Source: Eledone cirrhosa (lineage: Eukaryota). Taken from it: DNA of 64,000 nt. Numbering within the stretch: the stretch's first letter is position 1; each line of letters starts with the position of its first letter. The position numbers were made by a program, and so were the translations under genes. Positions 12,499 to 24,214 of this stretch are shown here, piece after piece. The notes beneath the pieces were generated by a model that saw only the letters and a list, made by a program, of their open reading frames with translations, was not told where the DNA came from and did no database searches. The stretch is taken from the NCBI GenBank assembly GCA_964016885.1, contig OZ024740.1, positions 114,204,001 through 114,268,000 of the forward strand, read 5' to 3'.

Positions 12499-14056
12499 TA
12501 TATACATATATATATATATGTATATATATATACATATATATATATGTATATATATATACATATATATACATGTGTGTGTGTGTGTGTATATGTGTGGTGT
12601 GTGTGTGTGCGTGTGTGTCTGTGTGTGGGTGTGTGTGTTAGACATTTATGGAATAGAAGACTTTTTGTACGCAATACTTTGTAGATAAGAAATTAAGTGG
12701 GCGTTGTTATATTGTACACACTAGAGTACCAGAACCTTAGAATAGATCTATAGAATATATAAACATAAACATACATGTTTATATATACATATACATATAA
12801 GGAGTATGTAGAAATCCTGAACGATAATATATACACAAGCAAATGAATACAAATATAAGACTGAAGCCTAACATATTGTTCCACCTTACACGCAGCTGTG
12901 ATGACTGAAACAAAGAGAATTCAATTGAATCTCAATCCAAATAAACCCGGGGCCACAGTTTGAATATTCTTTCGGAGACCTTTAAATATTGCGGCGGGCT
13001 TCACTTGCATCCCTTCGTTCTTAATTCGTCACTGATCTGTGTTTATATAGGTATGTAAGTTCATACACACACACTCATGCATACACACATACACACACAC
13101 ACACACACACATACACGCGCGCGCGCGCGCGCACACACTCACACACAGGCACACGTACACGCCGTGTACGACTTTTAGAATTATATTCTCGTATTCCATT
13201 TAGAAATTGAAAATGTATACAATGCATACACCTGTGTATATTAAATAATATCGAAGTAAAATGCACCGGATATTACTAAATAAAACGTAAGATAAATGTA
13301 ATAATTACAATTGATAAGACTCACATGGAATATTGAACAAATATGTAAATGTATTTTTGTTATTCGTTCTGAAAATAGAAGCAATATTGAAGCTGCTTTT
13401 ACATATTCTACAGATAATTGGTTATTCTTAAAAAACCTACGACTCATGCCATTCTGGAAGTTATGCGAACATATAAACAATTACTTCGAACAAACACGTA
13501 AATGGGTCTTTCATGTATTGAGAGCTTCCGTTAAAGTTTTGAGATTGCATGGGGCTTAAGTATATATACTGTACATGTGTATTATTATTATCAACTAACG
13601 CATTTTTTTAATCTCCAGTGAGAAGCTAAGGAAGAAGCTTAAAAAATGTACATACTAACATATTTAGACGCAGTAGTAAATCGGGGTATCAAAAATGTTC
13701 AGACCATTCAACATGTTTCCTCATTGCTGGAGGAGCTTAAGCTCCCTAATCCCCATGAGCCGGAAGGCTTGGTATTTCGTAAAACTACGAATCCGATCCT
13801 ACGAATGTCCCTGCTAAGGGAAATGATCAGTTGTCCATGCAAACATATTTCCTTATCACATGCCTAAGATCTTTTCAATTACCAGGCAAGAGTCAATTCA
13901 ACTTTGCACTAATTTAGTCATCAGAAAAATAAGTGTTGAAACAAATGCCACATAATTTAGCCAATCCACTATACCGATATCTAGAGAACAAAATGCAAAT
14001 TTAACCCCAATGGTATTTGAAATCAGTTTGCATAGAACATGAACAAACAAGACTAA

Positions 14057-14150
<94 letters not shown>

Positions 14151-14179
14151 TAGAGAGAGAGAGGGGAGAGAGAGAGGGA

Positions 14180-14231
<52 letters not shown>

Positions 14232-14246
14232 TAGAGAGAGAGAGAG

Positions 14247-14903
14247 AATAAGGAAATATAAAGTAGTTTATATGTTAAAGTCCTTCATTGTTAGGGCCGT
14301 GATACACATTTCGATGACGACAGGGGGCCTGCGATTCTGCGTAGTATCCAGTGCCATGATCTCATCAGATAGCTTCTTACATAATTAGGTTACAATCAGG
14401 AGATAATCCTAAATTGAAGCAACAGGAGAAGGAACAAACATGATGTTCTTGAAGCGAATGCCCGTTCCCATTGTAACCTTATTATGGAAAAAGCTGGCAC
14501 TAGGTACTACGCAGAATCGCGGGCCCACTGTAGTCATCGAAATATGTACCAAGACCTTATCAATAAAGGGCTTCAACATCTAAACTACTTTATTTTCTTA
14601 TTCTAAAATTACTCCCTCATTCCTATGTGGATATTATTCTGAGTTTCCACAGTCGTCTCCATCGCACCGATCTAACGTAGGCTCCTCCGCTCTGGTAAGT
14701 GACTGCTTCTGCACATGCGTATTCGTACAATTGATTTTCCTTTTCCGTACAATCTCATTTAAACCGAGTTGATTATCCGAATAAGGTGAAACAATTGTGC
14801 TCTGAAATGGTAAATTAACTGTTGTAGAACTACTTCTACCAAACTCGTCCCATGGACTGAGTGTTCTACTACGACGGATATAACCCACCAGTGTTCTATT
14901 ATT
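14247..14903 (+). mobile_element. Diverged foldback PLE-terminus-like element
   Basis: Arms about 14247-14356 and 14495-14602, with a GAAA-TAT-GTA hammerhead-like 3' half; bounded by (GA)n and (TA)n. Confidence 0.55.
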
Positions 14904-14921
14904 ATATGTATATATATAGAG

Positions 14922-14962
<41 letters not shown>

Positions 14963-15201
14963 TATTTCTTTATTAGCCACAGGGGCACAAAAGAAGGGGA
15001 CAAATACAAAGGGGGAAGTTTACATACAATAAAAACGTGTAAAATGTTATCACAGATGGAATTTAAAAGTTAGTCGATTTTCCCCAATAGAGGGAGACAG
15101 TTTATATGGGTAACACAGACCCCCGAAAAAAATGTGCAACCCTCATCTCCAGGAGTACGAAGAGCTTGTACTCCTTTCCTCTCCTCCTCCTTTTCCTCAA
15201 C

Positions 15202-18200
15202 CTACAGGCTGATATAGAGAGAAGGCCCATTCACTCGGGCCATTCTCGCCACTTTCACCCACCTTTCATAAAACTTGCTGGGGTACAGCACCTCTCTCTC
15301 CATCCTGATTCTTCTTCCAAAGTGGTATTTGAAAAAAAGAATCAGTTGTTGGCCGGAGAGAAAGGTGTCTGACCTCAGCCCTTTCAACCTTGTCCACCAT
15401 ACAACCTCTTTCGCCATAGTTATCACACAAAGGAAAACCGCCTCTCCTTCGTTTTTGAAGGAGGGTGGCGGTTTGATCATGACAATGGACTCGGTGGTCA
15501 ACTGGATTGGTCCCACCCGCGACAATAGTCGTTCCACATAGCCCCACAGGTCAGTGACGCCCGGGCAGTGTATGAATGCGTGCGCGACGGTTTCTTCGTC
15601 TCGCACGCACCTCGGACAGATCTTTTTTGCAGGGTCCCTGCCCGGGCGCCCATGTCTGTAGAGCTTGTCTCGAACTGGTAGAGCTCCTCGGTAGCACTGC
15701 CAGGCCAGGGACTTTTGGAAGTTGTCCATCGGTCCCGGGCGGAAGGTCCTACCGAACAGACTGGCCAGTTCATCTTCCTCCACGCCTAGAGTTTCACCGA
15801 GCGCGTCGTCGCACTTGCTGCGGACCAACCCTCTATAGAATGACGAAGTGGAGTCTCCACTGATCGCCGGGTCCGCCTGCCAGAGGGCTGTGAGCGCCTG
15901 AGCACATTCGATGTGCCAGTCGCCCATTTTCCTCGGTCTCTGCTTGACCCAGGACTGCAGCTCGGTCAGCGAGACGAGTCGTGGGAAGGCTCGCCTCACG
16001 AACGGGGCCCACACCGGTTGTCCGGTGAGGAATACGTAGAGATGCCGCAGCCTGAGCGCGTGTTTGCGCATCGTCAACCACGGCATCCCCAGCCCTCCGT
16101 TAGAAGGGTGTTGGCAGCAGATGGATCTTCTTACCAAAGGAGCCCGCCTCTTCCAAAGGAATCGGAAGAGGGCGCGCTCCATTTTGGCGAGCGTTTTGGC
16201 TGGACAAGGCACGACGGTCAAGCGGTAGTAGATGGCGGACGCTATAAAAGTGTTCGCCACCTCCGCTCGACCTTTCAAGGATAGTTTGCACTCGGCCCAC
16301 TTCTGGGTGAGTGCAAACACCTTGGCCGTCACTTCGTTCCAGTTCTTCTCCACCTGGAGGTCCGGACCAAACCAGACCCCGAGCAGCTTTACCGGTCCTT
16401 CCGTCCAGCGTCCGACGACGCCATCGGAAGGCATCGGTCTGCCTCTCCACGATCCGAGTTGCAAACCGATGGACTTGTCCCGGTTCAGCTTCGCTCCTGT
16501 GAGACTTTCGTATTCCTTTAGTAAGGTGCCGACTTCCTCGATTTGCGAGGCGCTCGACACCATTACTGTCACGTCGTCGGCGTAGGCCGACGCCGCTTTC
16601 CGCAGTCCCGGTTCCAGAGGGATGCCCTGCAATAGCTCCAGCTTCCGCAGTAGTGGCTCGAGAGTCAGTACGTACAGAAGGGAGGAGAGAGGGCATCCCT
16701 GTCGAATGGATCGCGTAATATGGAACGGCTCCGAGAGGTAACCGTTCACCTTGACCCTTGAGCAGATGTTGCTGTTGTGCATTGCAGCAATCCAGCCCCT
16801 GAACACGGGTCCGAAGCCTGCCGCCTCGAGCACCGCATCCAGGTAACGATGGTCAACCCTATCGAAAGCCTTAGACTGATCCAAGTTGATCAGGGCCCCA
16901 CCGAAGCCGGGTTTACACCCTACCCTCTCTATGATGTATCGCATGAGGTGGAGGTTGTCGTGTATGGACCTGGTCGGGATCGCGCATGTCTGCGCTTCTC
17001 CCACCAGGTTCTCGACGACAAGCGCCAGCCTCTTTGCCAACACCTTGGCCAAAATCTGTAACTCTGTGTTTAGCAGAGTTATGGGCCGGAAGTTGCCTAT
17101 GTCATCCCCCTTATTCTCGTCCTTCCTGATTAGTGTGACCACGCCCCCGGTTACAGAATTGGGAATTCTCCCGTTCTGTTGCCAGTTGCAGTAGACCGCT
17201 TCCAGGAGACCGGAGAATAAGTCCGGCATTGCTACGTAAAATTCGTAGGGTAGACCGTCGAGACCTGGAGATTTGCGTTTGCCGCATTGGCTCAGCGCGT
17301 CCCCTATCTCAGTGGCTGAAATCGGCTTTTCGCAGAACTTCGCCTCGCTGTCCGAGAGTCGCGGTAGGCCGTCGAGGTATGGACCGAAATCCATAGCCTC
17401 TCCCGGCGCGCCGCTCCCCCCGAACAGCCGAGCAAAGTGCCGCTGAAAAGCCGCACACATCTGCTTCGGCTCACGTATCACGCGTCCGTTTTGGTCCTTC
17501 AAAGACCGAATCGTGGACTTGTTGCCACTTTTTGCCTCCGTCACTCGGGCCCAGCTAACAGCTTTGGCTCCCTCGTTTCCCAGAGCACGTATTTTGCTTC
17601 TGACAACGCAGCCCTCGTGCTTTGCGTCGAAGAACTGGTCCAAGGCCGTTCTCGTTGCTAGCACGCTGGCTACGTTGCCACTTCTAATAGCCTCTTCTAC
17701 TTTATCTACCAGTTCCTTCTCGGTTCTATTTCTATCTAACGCTAATTCTTTACTAAAAACTATCGAGTCTAATCTAACTGCCCTCTTGAGAGAGTACCAC
17801 CATCTGTTGTTGACAATGGCCCCTGTCAAGTGCTGTTTAACTAAAGTGCTAATCCGTCTACTGTAGGCTTTGCTTGTCGGTAACGACAAGTTCAGCTTCC
17901 AGTAGCCGGGTCCTTGTCTATGGGTTCTATCAAGGTTGGCCATGCAGGTCACTAGTTTGTGATCTGAATAGGCAACCATGAACATTTGTGGACAGCTTAA
18001 CATGTCCCTATCCTTATTTCTAACTAGAACCCTATCTAGGTACGATCTAGATGTTCCGCTACGATTACTCCACGTCCACAGTGGCGCAGTCGGAAAATCT
18101 AGTCGATATCTATCGGCCAGGTCAAATCGGTCGATTAACTGTTTGAGGCTGTTACACCCCCCTTTATCGGGACATGCTCCCACATAGTCCCAACGTGCAT

Positions 18201-18639
18201 CTAGGATTCCATTCCAGTCCCCCACTAAAAGCAAGGAGCGGGACGTTCCCAGAAAAGTCTCTAGACGTTTGAAGAAGTCTGGCCGCGGTGTCCCGGATGG
18301 GGCATATGCGGCCACCAGCCTGAACGCTCCACCTTCACTACCGTCAACGTCTAGGACCACCAGTCGACCCTCCGGGTCCAGATGTACCGTCTGTGTTACG
18401 AGGCCCAGGTGTTTCCGCAGCAAAACGGCAACTCCGCCCCCACCCCCCGGTTGACAGAGAGATGCGTAGATCTCAAAGTCATCGAAGATGGGGGCCAGCT
18501 GTCGCTCGCCGTGGATCCTGGACTCGCAAATGGCTACCACATCCAAACTGTGCGACCTGAGGTCGTTTAAGAGTTTGCCCTGTTTCCAGGGCATCCCCAG
18601 GCCGCGTACGTTCACACATCCAACTCTTATATTGGCCAT
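15202..18639 (-). CDS. Tx1/L1 ORF2: APE endonuclease, reverse transcriptase and C-terminal CCHC (1145 aa)
   Basis: APE motifs NVRGL, ICES, GDWN, YLDR, SDHK; RT motifs SPGLDGLP, FRPITLLN, LDQSKAFDRVDH, IRQGCPLS, AYADD; CPRC..ETVAHAFIHC. Confidence 0.97.
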   Translation of the reverse strand: MANIRVGCVNVRGLGMPWKQGKLLNDLRSHSLDVVAICESRIHGERQLAPIFDDFEIYASLCQPGGGGGVAVLLRKHLGLVTQTVHLDPEGRLVVLDVDGSEGGAFRLVAAYAPSGTPRPDFFKRLETFLGTSRSLLLVGDWNGILDARWDYVGACPDKGGCNSLKQLIDRFDLADRYRLDFPTAPLWTWSNRSGTSRSYLDRVLVRNKDRDMLSCPQMFMVAYSDHKLVTCMANLDRTHRQGPGYWKLNLSLPTSKAYSRRISTLVKQHLTGAIVNNRWWYSLKRAVRLDSIVFSKELALDRNRTEKELVDKVEEAIRSGNVASVLATRTALDQFFDAKHEGCVVRSKIRALGNEGAKAVSWARVTEAKSGNKSTIRSLKDQNGRVIREPKQMCAAFQRHFARLFGGSGAPGEAMDFGPYLDGLPRLSDSEAKFCEKPISATEIGDALSQCGKRKSPGLDGLPYEFYVAMPDLFSGLLEAVYCNWQQNGRIPNSVTGGVVTLIRKDENKGDDIGNFRPITLLNTELQILAKVLAKRLALVVENLVGEAQTCAIPTRSIHDNLHLMRYIIERVGCKPGFGGALINLDQSKAFDRVDHRYLDAVLEAAGFGPVFRGWIAAMHNSNICSRVKVNGYLSEPFHITRSIRQGCPLSSLLYVLTLEPLLRKLELLQGIPLEPGLRKAASAYADDVTVMVSSASQIEEVGTLLKEYESLTGAKLNRDKSIGLQLGSWRGRPMPSDGVVGRWTEGPVKLLGVWFGPDLQVEKNWNEVTAKVFALTQKWAECKLSLKGRAEVANTFIASAIYYRLTVVPCPAKTLAKMERALFRFLWKRRAPLVRRSICCQHPSNGGLGMPWLTMRKHALRLRHLYVFLTGQPVWAPFVRRAFPRLVSLTELQSWVKQRPRKMGDWHIECAQALTALWQADPAISGDSTSSFYRGLVRSKCDDALGETLGVEEDELASLFGRTFRPGPMDNFQKSLAWQCYRGALPVRDKLYRHGRPGRDPAKKICPRCVRDEETVAHAFIHCPGVTDLWGYVERLLSRVGPIQLTTESIVMIKPPPSFKNEGEAVFLCVITMAKEVVWWTRLKGLRSDTFLSGQQLILFFKYHFGRRIRMEREVLYPSKFYERWVKVARMARVNGPSLYISL

Positions 18640-18672
18640 GTTGGTGCTGAAAAGTTAAAAGAGGAAAAGAGA

Positions 18673-20589
18673 TCACTCACCCTTCGCCTCCTGGGGACCA
18701 GGCCGCACGATTTCCATGGGGGTGTTGGAGGGGTTGTCTGGATGGGTGGTGGTTTCCGGCGGGGTGGGGACGCAGATGTTTGGTGGGGTGGGGTCTGGTG
18801 GAATGGGGGTGTCTGGGGTGGGGAGGCATTTGAGAAGGACGCGGTTGAGTGGTTTCACGCAGGAATTCCCCACATCCTTCTCAAATGTTTCTTTTAGGGA
18901 CCTATAAGTTTGTATAGGGACCCTAATCAGTTTTAGGTTCATTTTTTTGCTATTTTTTATAGAGTGGGCGAAAGTTTTCCCTTCGGTGAAAACCGAAGGG
19001 TCGTTCGTAATGGTCTCCATTAGTGTTTTGTTTTCAGTGTTTATGTAAGTGTAAGTGTAATTTTCTTGTGTTGTGTTTGTTTTTGTCTGTAGTTCTTGTG
19101 TGTGCTTTCGTTTTGTTGTAGGTATTTTGTTTTCAGGAGGTGGGGGTTTTGTTTGTGATATTTTTGTTGTTTGTGTTGGTGGTTGTATGTTTGTGGTAGT
19201 GTTTGCTGGTTTTTTGCTTTTGTGATGTCTTTTCTTTCTTTTCGAGCGATGGGGTTCTCCCTCGTCTTCACTGGGTGATGGCGAGATAGCCTCATCTGTT
19301 GTATCGTCTGTGTGATTGGGGAGGGGTATGTCTTGGGGAGCTGTTGTGTCTGTATGTGATTTTGCAGTGGTTTTAGGTGGAGTGAGGTTGGGTGGGACTG
19401 TGTTTGTTGTGGTTATTTTTGTGTGTTGGTGTTGTTGTTGTAGTGGTGGTGTTGGTGGTTGTGTTGTTTTGATGGGTGTTGGCAGAAGAGCCTTTTTTTG
19501 GTTCATTAGTTTAGGACAGGAAGCCCTCAGGTGACCCCTGCTAAAGCAATGGTAACATGAAGGCCGCCTACCCTCAACCGAAAGGTTTATGTAGGTAAGT
19601 CCGTCCAGGAGTACACGCTGTGGGATCATAGCTATTCGCTCTGGGCTCATTTGCACCAGAACTTCAATGCTAGTCCCATTGAATACATCTCTGGGGGACT
19701 TGCCTACTGACAGTATTCTGTCTTCATCAAAATTGATGAAGCCGCACAGTATCCACCATATGTTCACCTTTGGTGTGACACTTGTGATTCTGATCTTTTG
19801 TGTCCTTTTTCCCATGTATGTAGGGAAAAAGGTGTACAGGTTGGATACAATTGGCGACACAGAGTAATTTTGGGCCGTCAATTGATCCTTCATCAGTACC
19901 GAAATACTCCCAAAAAGTTTGCTTCTTTGAATGAATGCAATATCATTCATTGAATCTTTGAAAACCAGTTCAATATCTTTCTGTGACAATTGGACTGGTT
20001 TTCGGGTAGAATTGGAAACTGTCCTAAAAACTATCGTTTTGAGAGCAGTTTCCTTGCGAATTTCTACCGGAGAATTGATGCTGAAAGCACCATTTTTTTC
20101 GAAGGTGACATATCTCTTAGCGTCCTTTAAAAGGTGTTCAGCATTTGTTATGTCGAGATATATCAATTGTTCTTTCTTTTGAACTTTCTCCGCAAAGGAG
20201 ATTTTTGGTTTCTTTGTGGAATCCGTATTGGTGGTGTTGTCATTATTGTTGTTATTCTTGTTGTTATTCTTGTTGTCACCGATGTTGGTATCATCCGTAT
20301 TTTCCTTGGTGTTGTTGTTGTCTTTGATGCTGGTGTTATTGGCGTTGTCTTTATTTTTTTCTTTGTTGTTGTTATCATTGTTGCTTTTATCATCATTATT
20401 GGTTTTGCTGTTATTTTTGTTGTCATTGAGCTGTTTGGTGTCATTTGTGTTGTTTGGATGTGAATTCGTTTTTTTATTTTCATTTTGTCTTTCCATCTCT
20501 ATAGTATCTAGTGAAGAAGACGTTGTTGACTGCGAGCTTTGTAGTCTTACCGCCTCTCCACCACCATTATCGTTGGACGCAGCGTTCAT
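18673..20589 (-). CDS. Tx1/L1 ORF1 gag-like nucleic-acid-binding protein (638 aa)
   Basis: Zinc knuckle CYHCFSRGHLRASC, SFAEKV motif, Asn-rich N-terminus, Pro/Thr-rich tail; directly upstream of ORF2. Confidence 0.92.
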   Translation of the reverse strand: MNAASNDNGGGEAVRLQSSQSTTSSSLDTIEMERQNENKKTNSHPNNTNDTKQLNDNKNNSKTNNDDKSNNDNNNKEKNKDNANNTSIKDNNNTKENTDDTNIGDNKNNNKNNNNNDNTTNTDSTKKPKISFAEKVQKKEQLIYLDITNAEHLLKDAKRYVTFEKNGAFSINSPVEIRKETALKTIVFRTVSNSTRKPVQLSQKDIELVFKDSMNDIAFIQRSKLFGSISVLMKDQLTAQNYSVSPIVSNLYTFFPTYMGKRTQKIRITSVTPKVNIWWILCGFINFDEDRILSVGKSPRDVFNGTSIEVLVQMSPERIAMIPQRVLLDGLTYINLSVEGRRPSCYHCFSRGHLRASCPKLMNQKKALLPTPIKTTQPPTPPLQQQHQHTKITTTNTVPPNLTPPKTTAKSHTDTTAPQDIPLPNHTDDTTDEAISPSPSEDEGEPHRSKRKKRHHKSKKPANTTTNIQPPTQTTKISQTKPPPPENKIPTTKRKHTQELQTKTNTTQENYTYTYINTENKTLMETITNDPSVFTEGKTFAHSIKNSKKMNLKLIRVPIQTYRSLKETFEKDVGNSCVKPLNRVLLKCLPTPDTPIPPDPTPPNICVPTPPETTTHPDNPSNTPMEIVRPGPQEAKGE

Positions 20590-20817
20590 AACGTAATCAA
20601 AATTTTACAATATTTTTTCCAAGATTCGATGGAGAAAAATTTTTTAAATGGATATTCCGCCCCTGAAGGGGCGAAAATGAGTTGACCCACCACCTGAAGG
20701 TCCAGACGGGTGGTCAAGTTACACAATGATATAAAATTGAACTAAAAACTCACGTTTTTTCCTTACATAAATTAACGGAAACTTCTCCGCGAAGTGACAC
20801 ACGACTGATAGAGAGAG

Positions 20818-20862
<45 letters not shown>

Positions 20863-21009
20863 TATGTATGATGGACTCTCACATCAATTTCAAGGTATGA
20901 GAATCTAAACAACCTATTCAGATTGGATGTTTATGTTTTGTATGACATTGTAGTCCTGAATTGAATTATATCAAAATTTAACATATATACACATACATAC
21001 ACATATCTA

Positions 21010-21303
21010 TATATATAAAAATGTGTGTGTGTGTGTGTGAATTTCAATCCTTACAACTCGAGAACCACCCAACCAACTGTTTTCAAACTTTACACATCTA
21101 ATACTTATGTTTCAGGGAGTGTTCTGCGCCAAATAAGTCTCAAATTTTCCATGCCTTAGGGACCGCATTAGGCGATTTAGCGATCTCTCTGTATAATTCT
21201 TAGTCTTTCTCTTTTTAGATAGACACATACATATAACGTCGCGCCCTAATAATATATGTCTGTATGTCTGGTGTCTGCATTACGCCACTTCCCTGAGGAT
21301 GTC

Positions 21304-21396
<93 letters not shown>

Positions 21397-21701
21397 CTGT
21401 GAGTTTGAATCCCTAAAACTCGAGAAGTACCAAACCGATTTTTCAAACTTTACATGTGTATTACTTATATTTCAGGCAGTGATATGCACATAAACAAATT
21501 CAACTTTTTGATTCCCATTAGGTGAAAAACTGCATTTTTACTGCTTCATCGAGGAAAATCTTAAATGTTATCCAGCCATCAGAATATTCGGTTTATTTTC
21601 TTTACATATTGTCGACGCATGCGGTTTTTCCACGATTAGGTCTGTTGGTGGCCCGCGTTCCAAAATACCTTATCCCTTCCAACGCCGGGTACCACTGCTA
21701 G
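21010..21701 (+). mobile_element. Non-autonomous Helitron-like element with internal (GT)n
   Basis: Two subrepeats (CTCGAGAA..CCAA..TTTTCAAACTTTACA at about 21057 and 21419); 3' end CAACGCCGGGTACCACTGCTAG followed by T. Confidence 0.65.
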
Positions 21702-21899
21702 TATATATATATGTATATATATATAATACACAGTTCAAGAGTAACCAATCTTAGAGAGAGAGATGGAGATAGGAGAGGAGATAGGAGGGGAGAGATTGGT
21801 GAATTAGTTAGAAGCCAAAGCGTAAAGGCATGTGCTCAATGTGCAATATGCAATGGAAGGTGGATGGGTTCATGCAGAGTTTAGGTGCACAGAGCTGGA

Positions 21900-24200
21900 A
21901 ATATTCATTAGTTACGCAAAACAAGACCACAGATTTCACAAGGAAGACATTATTAAAAGATTGTCAACATATTTTAGTTTGATGTAAGGAATTAATAATA
22001 ATGTCCGTTTACAATTGTTTCGCTACTCCATATAATATTTCCGGATCAAATGATTATATATCATTATTGATCTGATTCAGTTTAAAATAATTAACATAGC
22101 TAAAAATAGAGCAGGTCATCGGAACTTCAAAAGGGATATAAATTAAAATAGGGAAAGAATGTTACATAAATGTAATGTTCCATATGTTGGTATTTCACTA
22201 TGGTGTCCTGGGTATATAAATTGTCTGCCATAGTGGAGCAGTATTCTTCTGTCGAGGCTGAATTGTGTGAGATCTGCCTATGGGTAACAAGATGGCCGCC
22301 AATGGACATATTTACCTTACTAATTAGAGGGTGGATTCAGGGGAAGTAACTCCTCGAGAGATTAGAAATTGTGGTTAGTTTATAGTTAAGTGTTAATTTT
22401 TTAATTCTTTTAATTGAGAGACAATGTAAGGGAGGTAACTTATAATTATCTGAGTTAGTTATAGCTATTTAACTTATTAGCTACAAGTAAACATGGGGCT
22501 AGATGACTATGTTGGGTCAAATATTCTGTTGGCGAAGGAATTAACCCTTCGATGTTGACAGCTAATAGTTACCTCCGTTCTATCGTTAATCGGTAGAGGT
22601 CGTGATAGAGTTATGTAATAGGCTTCGGTAAGACAGAGTTCACAAGATTTTCTTCGTCCATTGAACGGTTGGGCCTCTAGCCAAGATATCCCATGTTAGT
22701 GAGTGTTCAATGTTGGTTAATTTAAGGTTTTTAATGAGCCTAGCCAGAGATGTCGAACATCTGTTGTTAGGGTCTCGGAAGGAAAAAGAGTGCGCGTTAT
22801 AGCGTACCTTAAAAGGGTTAGAGGTAGACCCGATATATGAGCTGGTCTGCGAAGCAGTTTTAACCGTGCACCTATAAACTATGTTGGGTGTCAGGCAATG
22901 TTCATTTAGTGGGCATGCATTAGGGTAACGGCAGTTGTAGATACTTCTGCGGTTACTGAGAGTAGGGTTGTTTAACCTAAGCGGTTCGTCAGTGCTAGAA
23001 GGATTAGATGGAGGGGGGAGTGTTCTACTAGAGTAAGTATTGGTGTAGTGGCGTCGTGTATTTGGTGGGGGTTGTGGAACCGCGGTGGGGGAGTTATACT
23101 GTCTTAGTTTATGATGGTTACTGAATGCGATGTGGCTAGCTAGGTTAGGTGTTGTGGAGAATGAGATTTTAATGTTATTTGTATTAAAGAGTTTGTAATA
23201 TCTATGGTTGGGGGCGAAATTTTTAGATAGGATAGAGAAGAAGCGTTTAGGGATATTAGTGGCTAGATTAGATGAGAATGGGGGGTTAAGCCAGGTGATA
23301 TTTCTAGGCCTATTCCTTCTAGGGGTTCTAGTGGAGTTGGTAGGGGCCTTCGTAGGGTTATTATTACCCGAGCATTTGTTATTTGTCATCCCATTGCTCA
23401 TTCCTATTTTAGGGTTGATTTTTAATTTGCTACTTGGAGTGGGAAGCAGGCCTCTGCCACCATTAAGGTTCCCTGTATAAGTGCTGTTACTGCTAAAATT
23501 CCGGCGAATCTGGCTATATGCTAAGGTATTTCTAGTTCTAGTATTAAGTTTATTATGGTTGTGGTGTATTGCTGTGTTATGGCATTTAGGTATGTAGTAA
23601 ATGGACTGTTCATAACCAGATTCAGAAAAGCCTTATTATAATATGCTGCATGGTTTATAAATATCTCCTCATTTGCTGATAGCATGGAGATCCTATATGA
23701 GATAGATTTGATTACTTCTCTGATGACTGCCGGTGGGTGGTTAGAGTGTGGGATAATATATGTTAGTATTTCACCTGGTTTATGGTAAGGGTAATATAGG
23801 TTATTGTTAAGATCCAGGGTAACGTTTAGGAAGTTTACTACTTTATGGTTCGGCTCAATGGTGATAGAGAGAGTGAAATACCAATATATGGAACATTACA
23901 TTTATGTAACATTCTTTCCTTATTTCAATTTATTTTCCTTTTGAAGTTCCAATGAGCTGCTCTATTTCTACCTATGATAATTATTTTCAACTGAACCAGA
24001 TCAATAATGATATATAATCATTTGATCCAGAAATATTATATGGAGTAGCGAAACAATAGTAAACGAACATTATTATTATTAATATTATTATTATTATTAC
24101 TCTCTACATTCCTTACATCAAACTAAAATATGTTGACAATCTTTTAATAATGTCTTCCTTGTGAGATCTGTGGTCTTGTTTTGCTTAACTAATGAATATA
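21900..24200 (-). mobile_element. 5'-truncated Penelope-like element (Nematis-like) with inverted terminal copy
   Basis: Arms about 21900-22199 and 23872-24200 are reverse complements enclosing an RT-thumb/GIY-YIG remnant. Confidence 0.88.
22520..23870 (-). pseudogene. Disrupted PLE RT thumb plus GIY-YIG endonuclease
   Basis: VNFLNVTLDL..YHKP, RNITWLNPPFSSNLATNI, NCRYPNACPLNEHCLTPNIVY..YIGSTSNPFKVRYNAH. Confidence 0.88.
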
Positions 24201-24214
24201 TATATATATAATAT

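Larger units (their letters stand above)
14966..20807 (-). mobile_element. Full-length, apparently intact L1/Tx1-clade non-LTR retrotransposon
   Basis: 5' end CAGTCGTG at 20807, two uninterrupted ORFs 33 nt apart, AATAAA at 14974-14969, (GATA)10 and (GATA)11 flanks. Confidence 0.95.

Noticed and set aside
13700-13960. Minus-strand EICLHGQLIISLSR resembling the Helitron/Pif1 SHGQLYVALSR motif
   Set aside because: A single degenerate motif with stops nearby; too weak to call without a search.
15106-20596. Many overlapping short ORFs on both strands within the Tx1 element
   Set aside because: Shadow ORFs of GC-rich or low-complexity coding sequence; no independent motifs.
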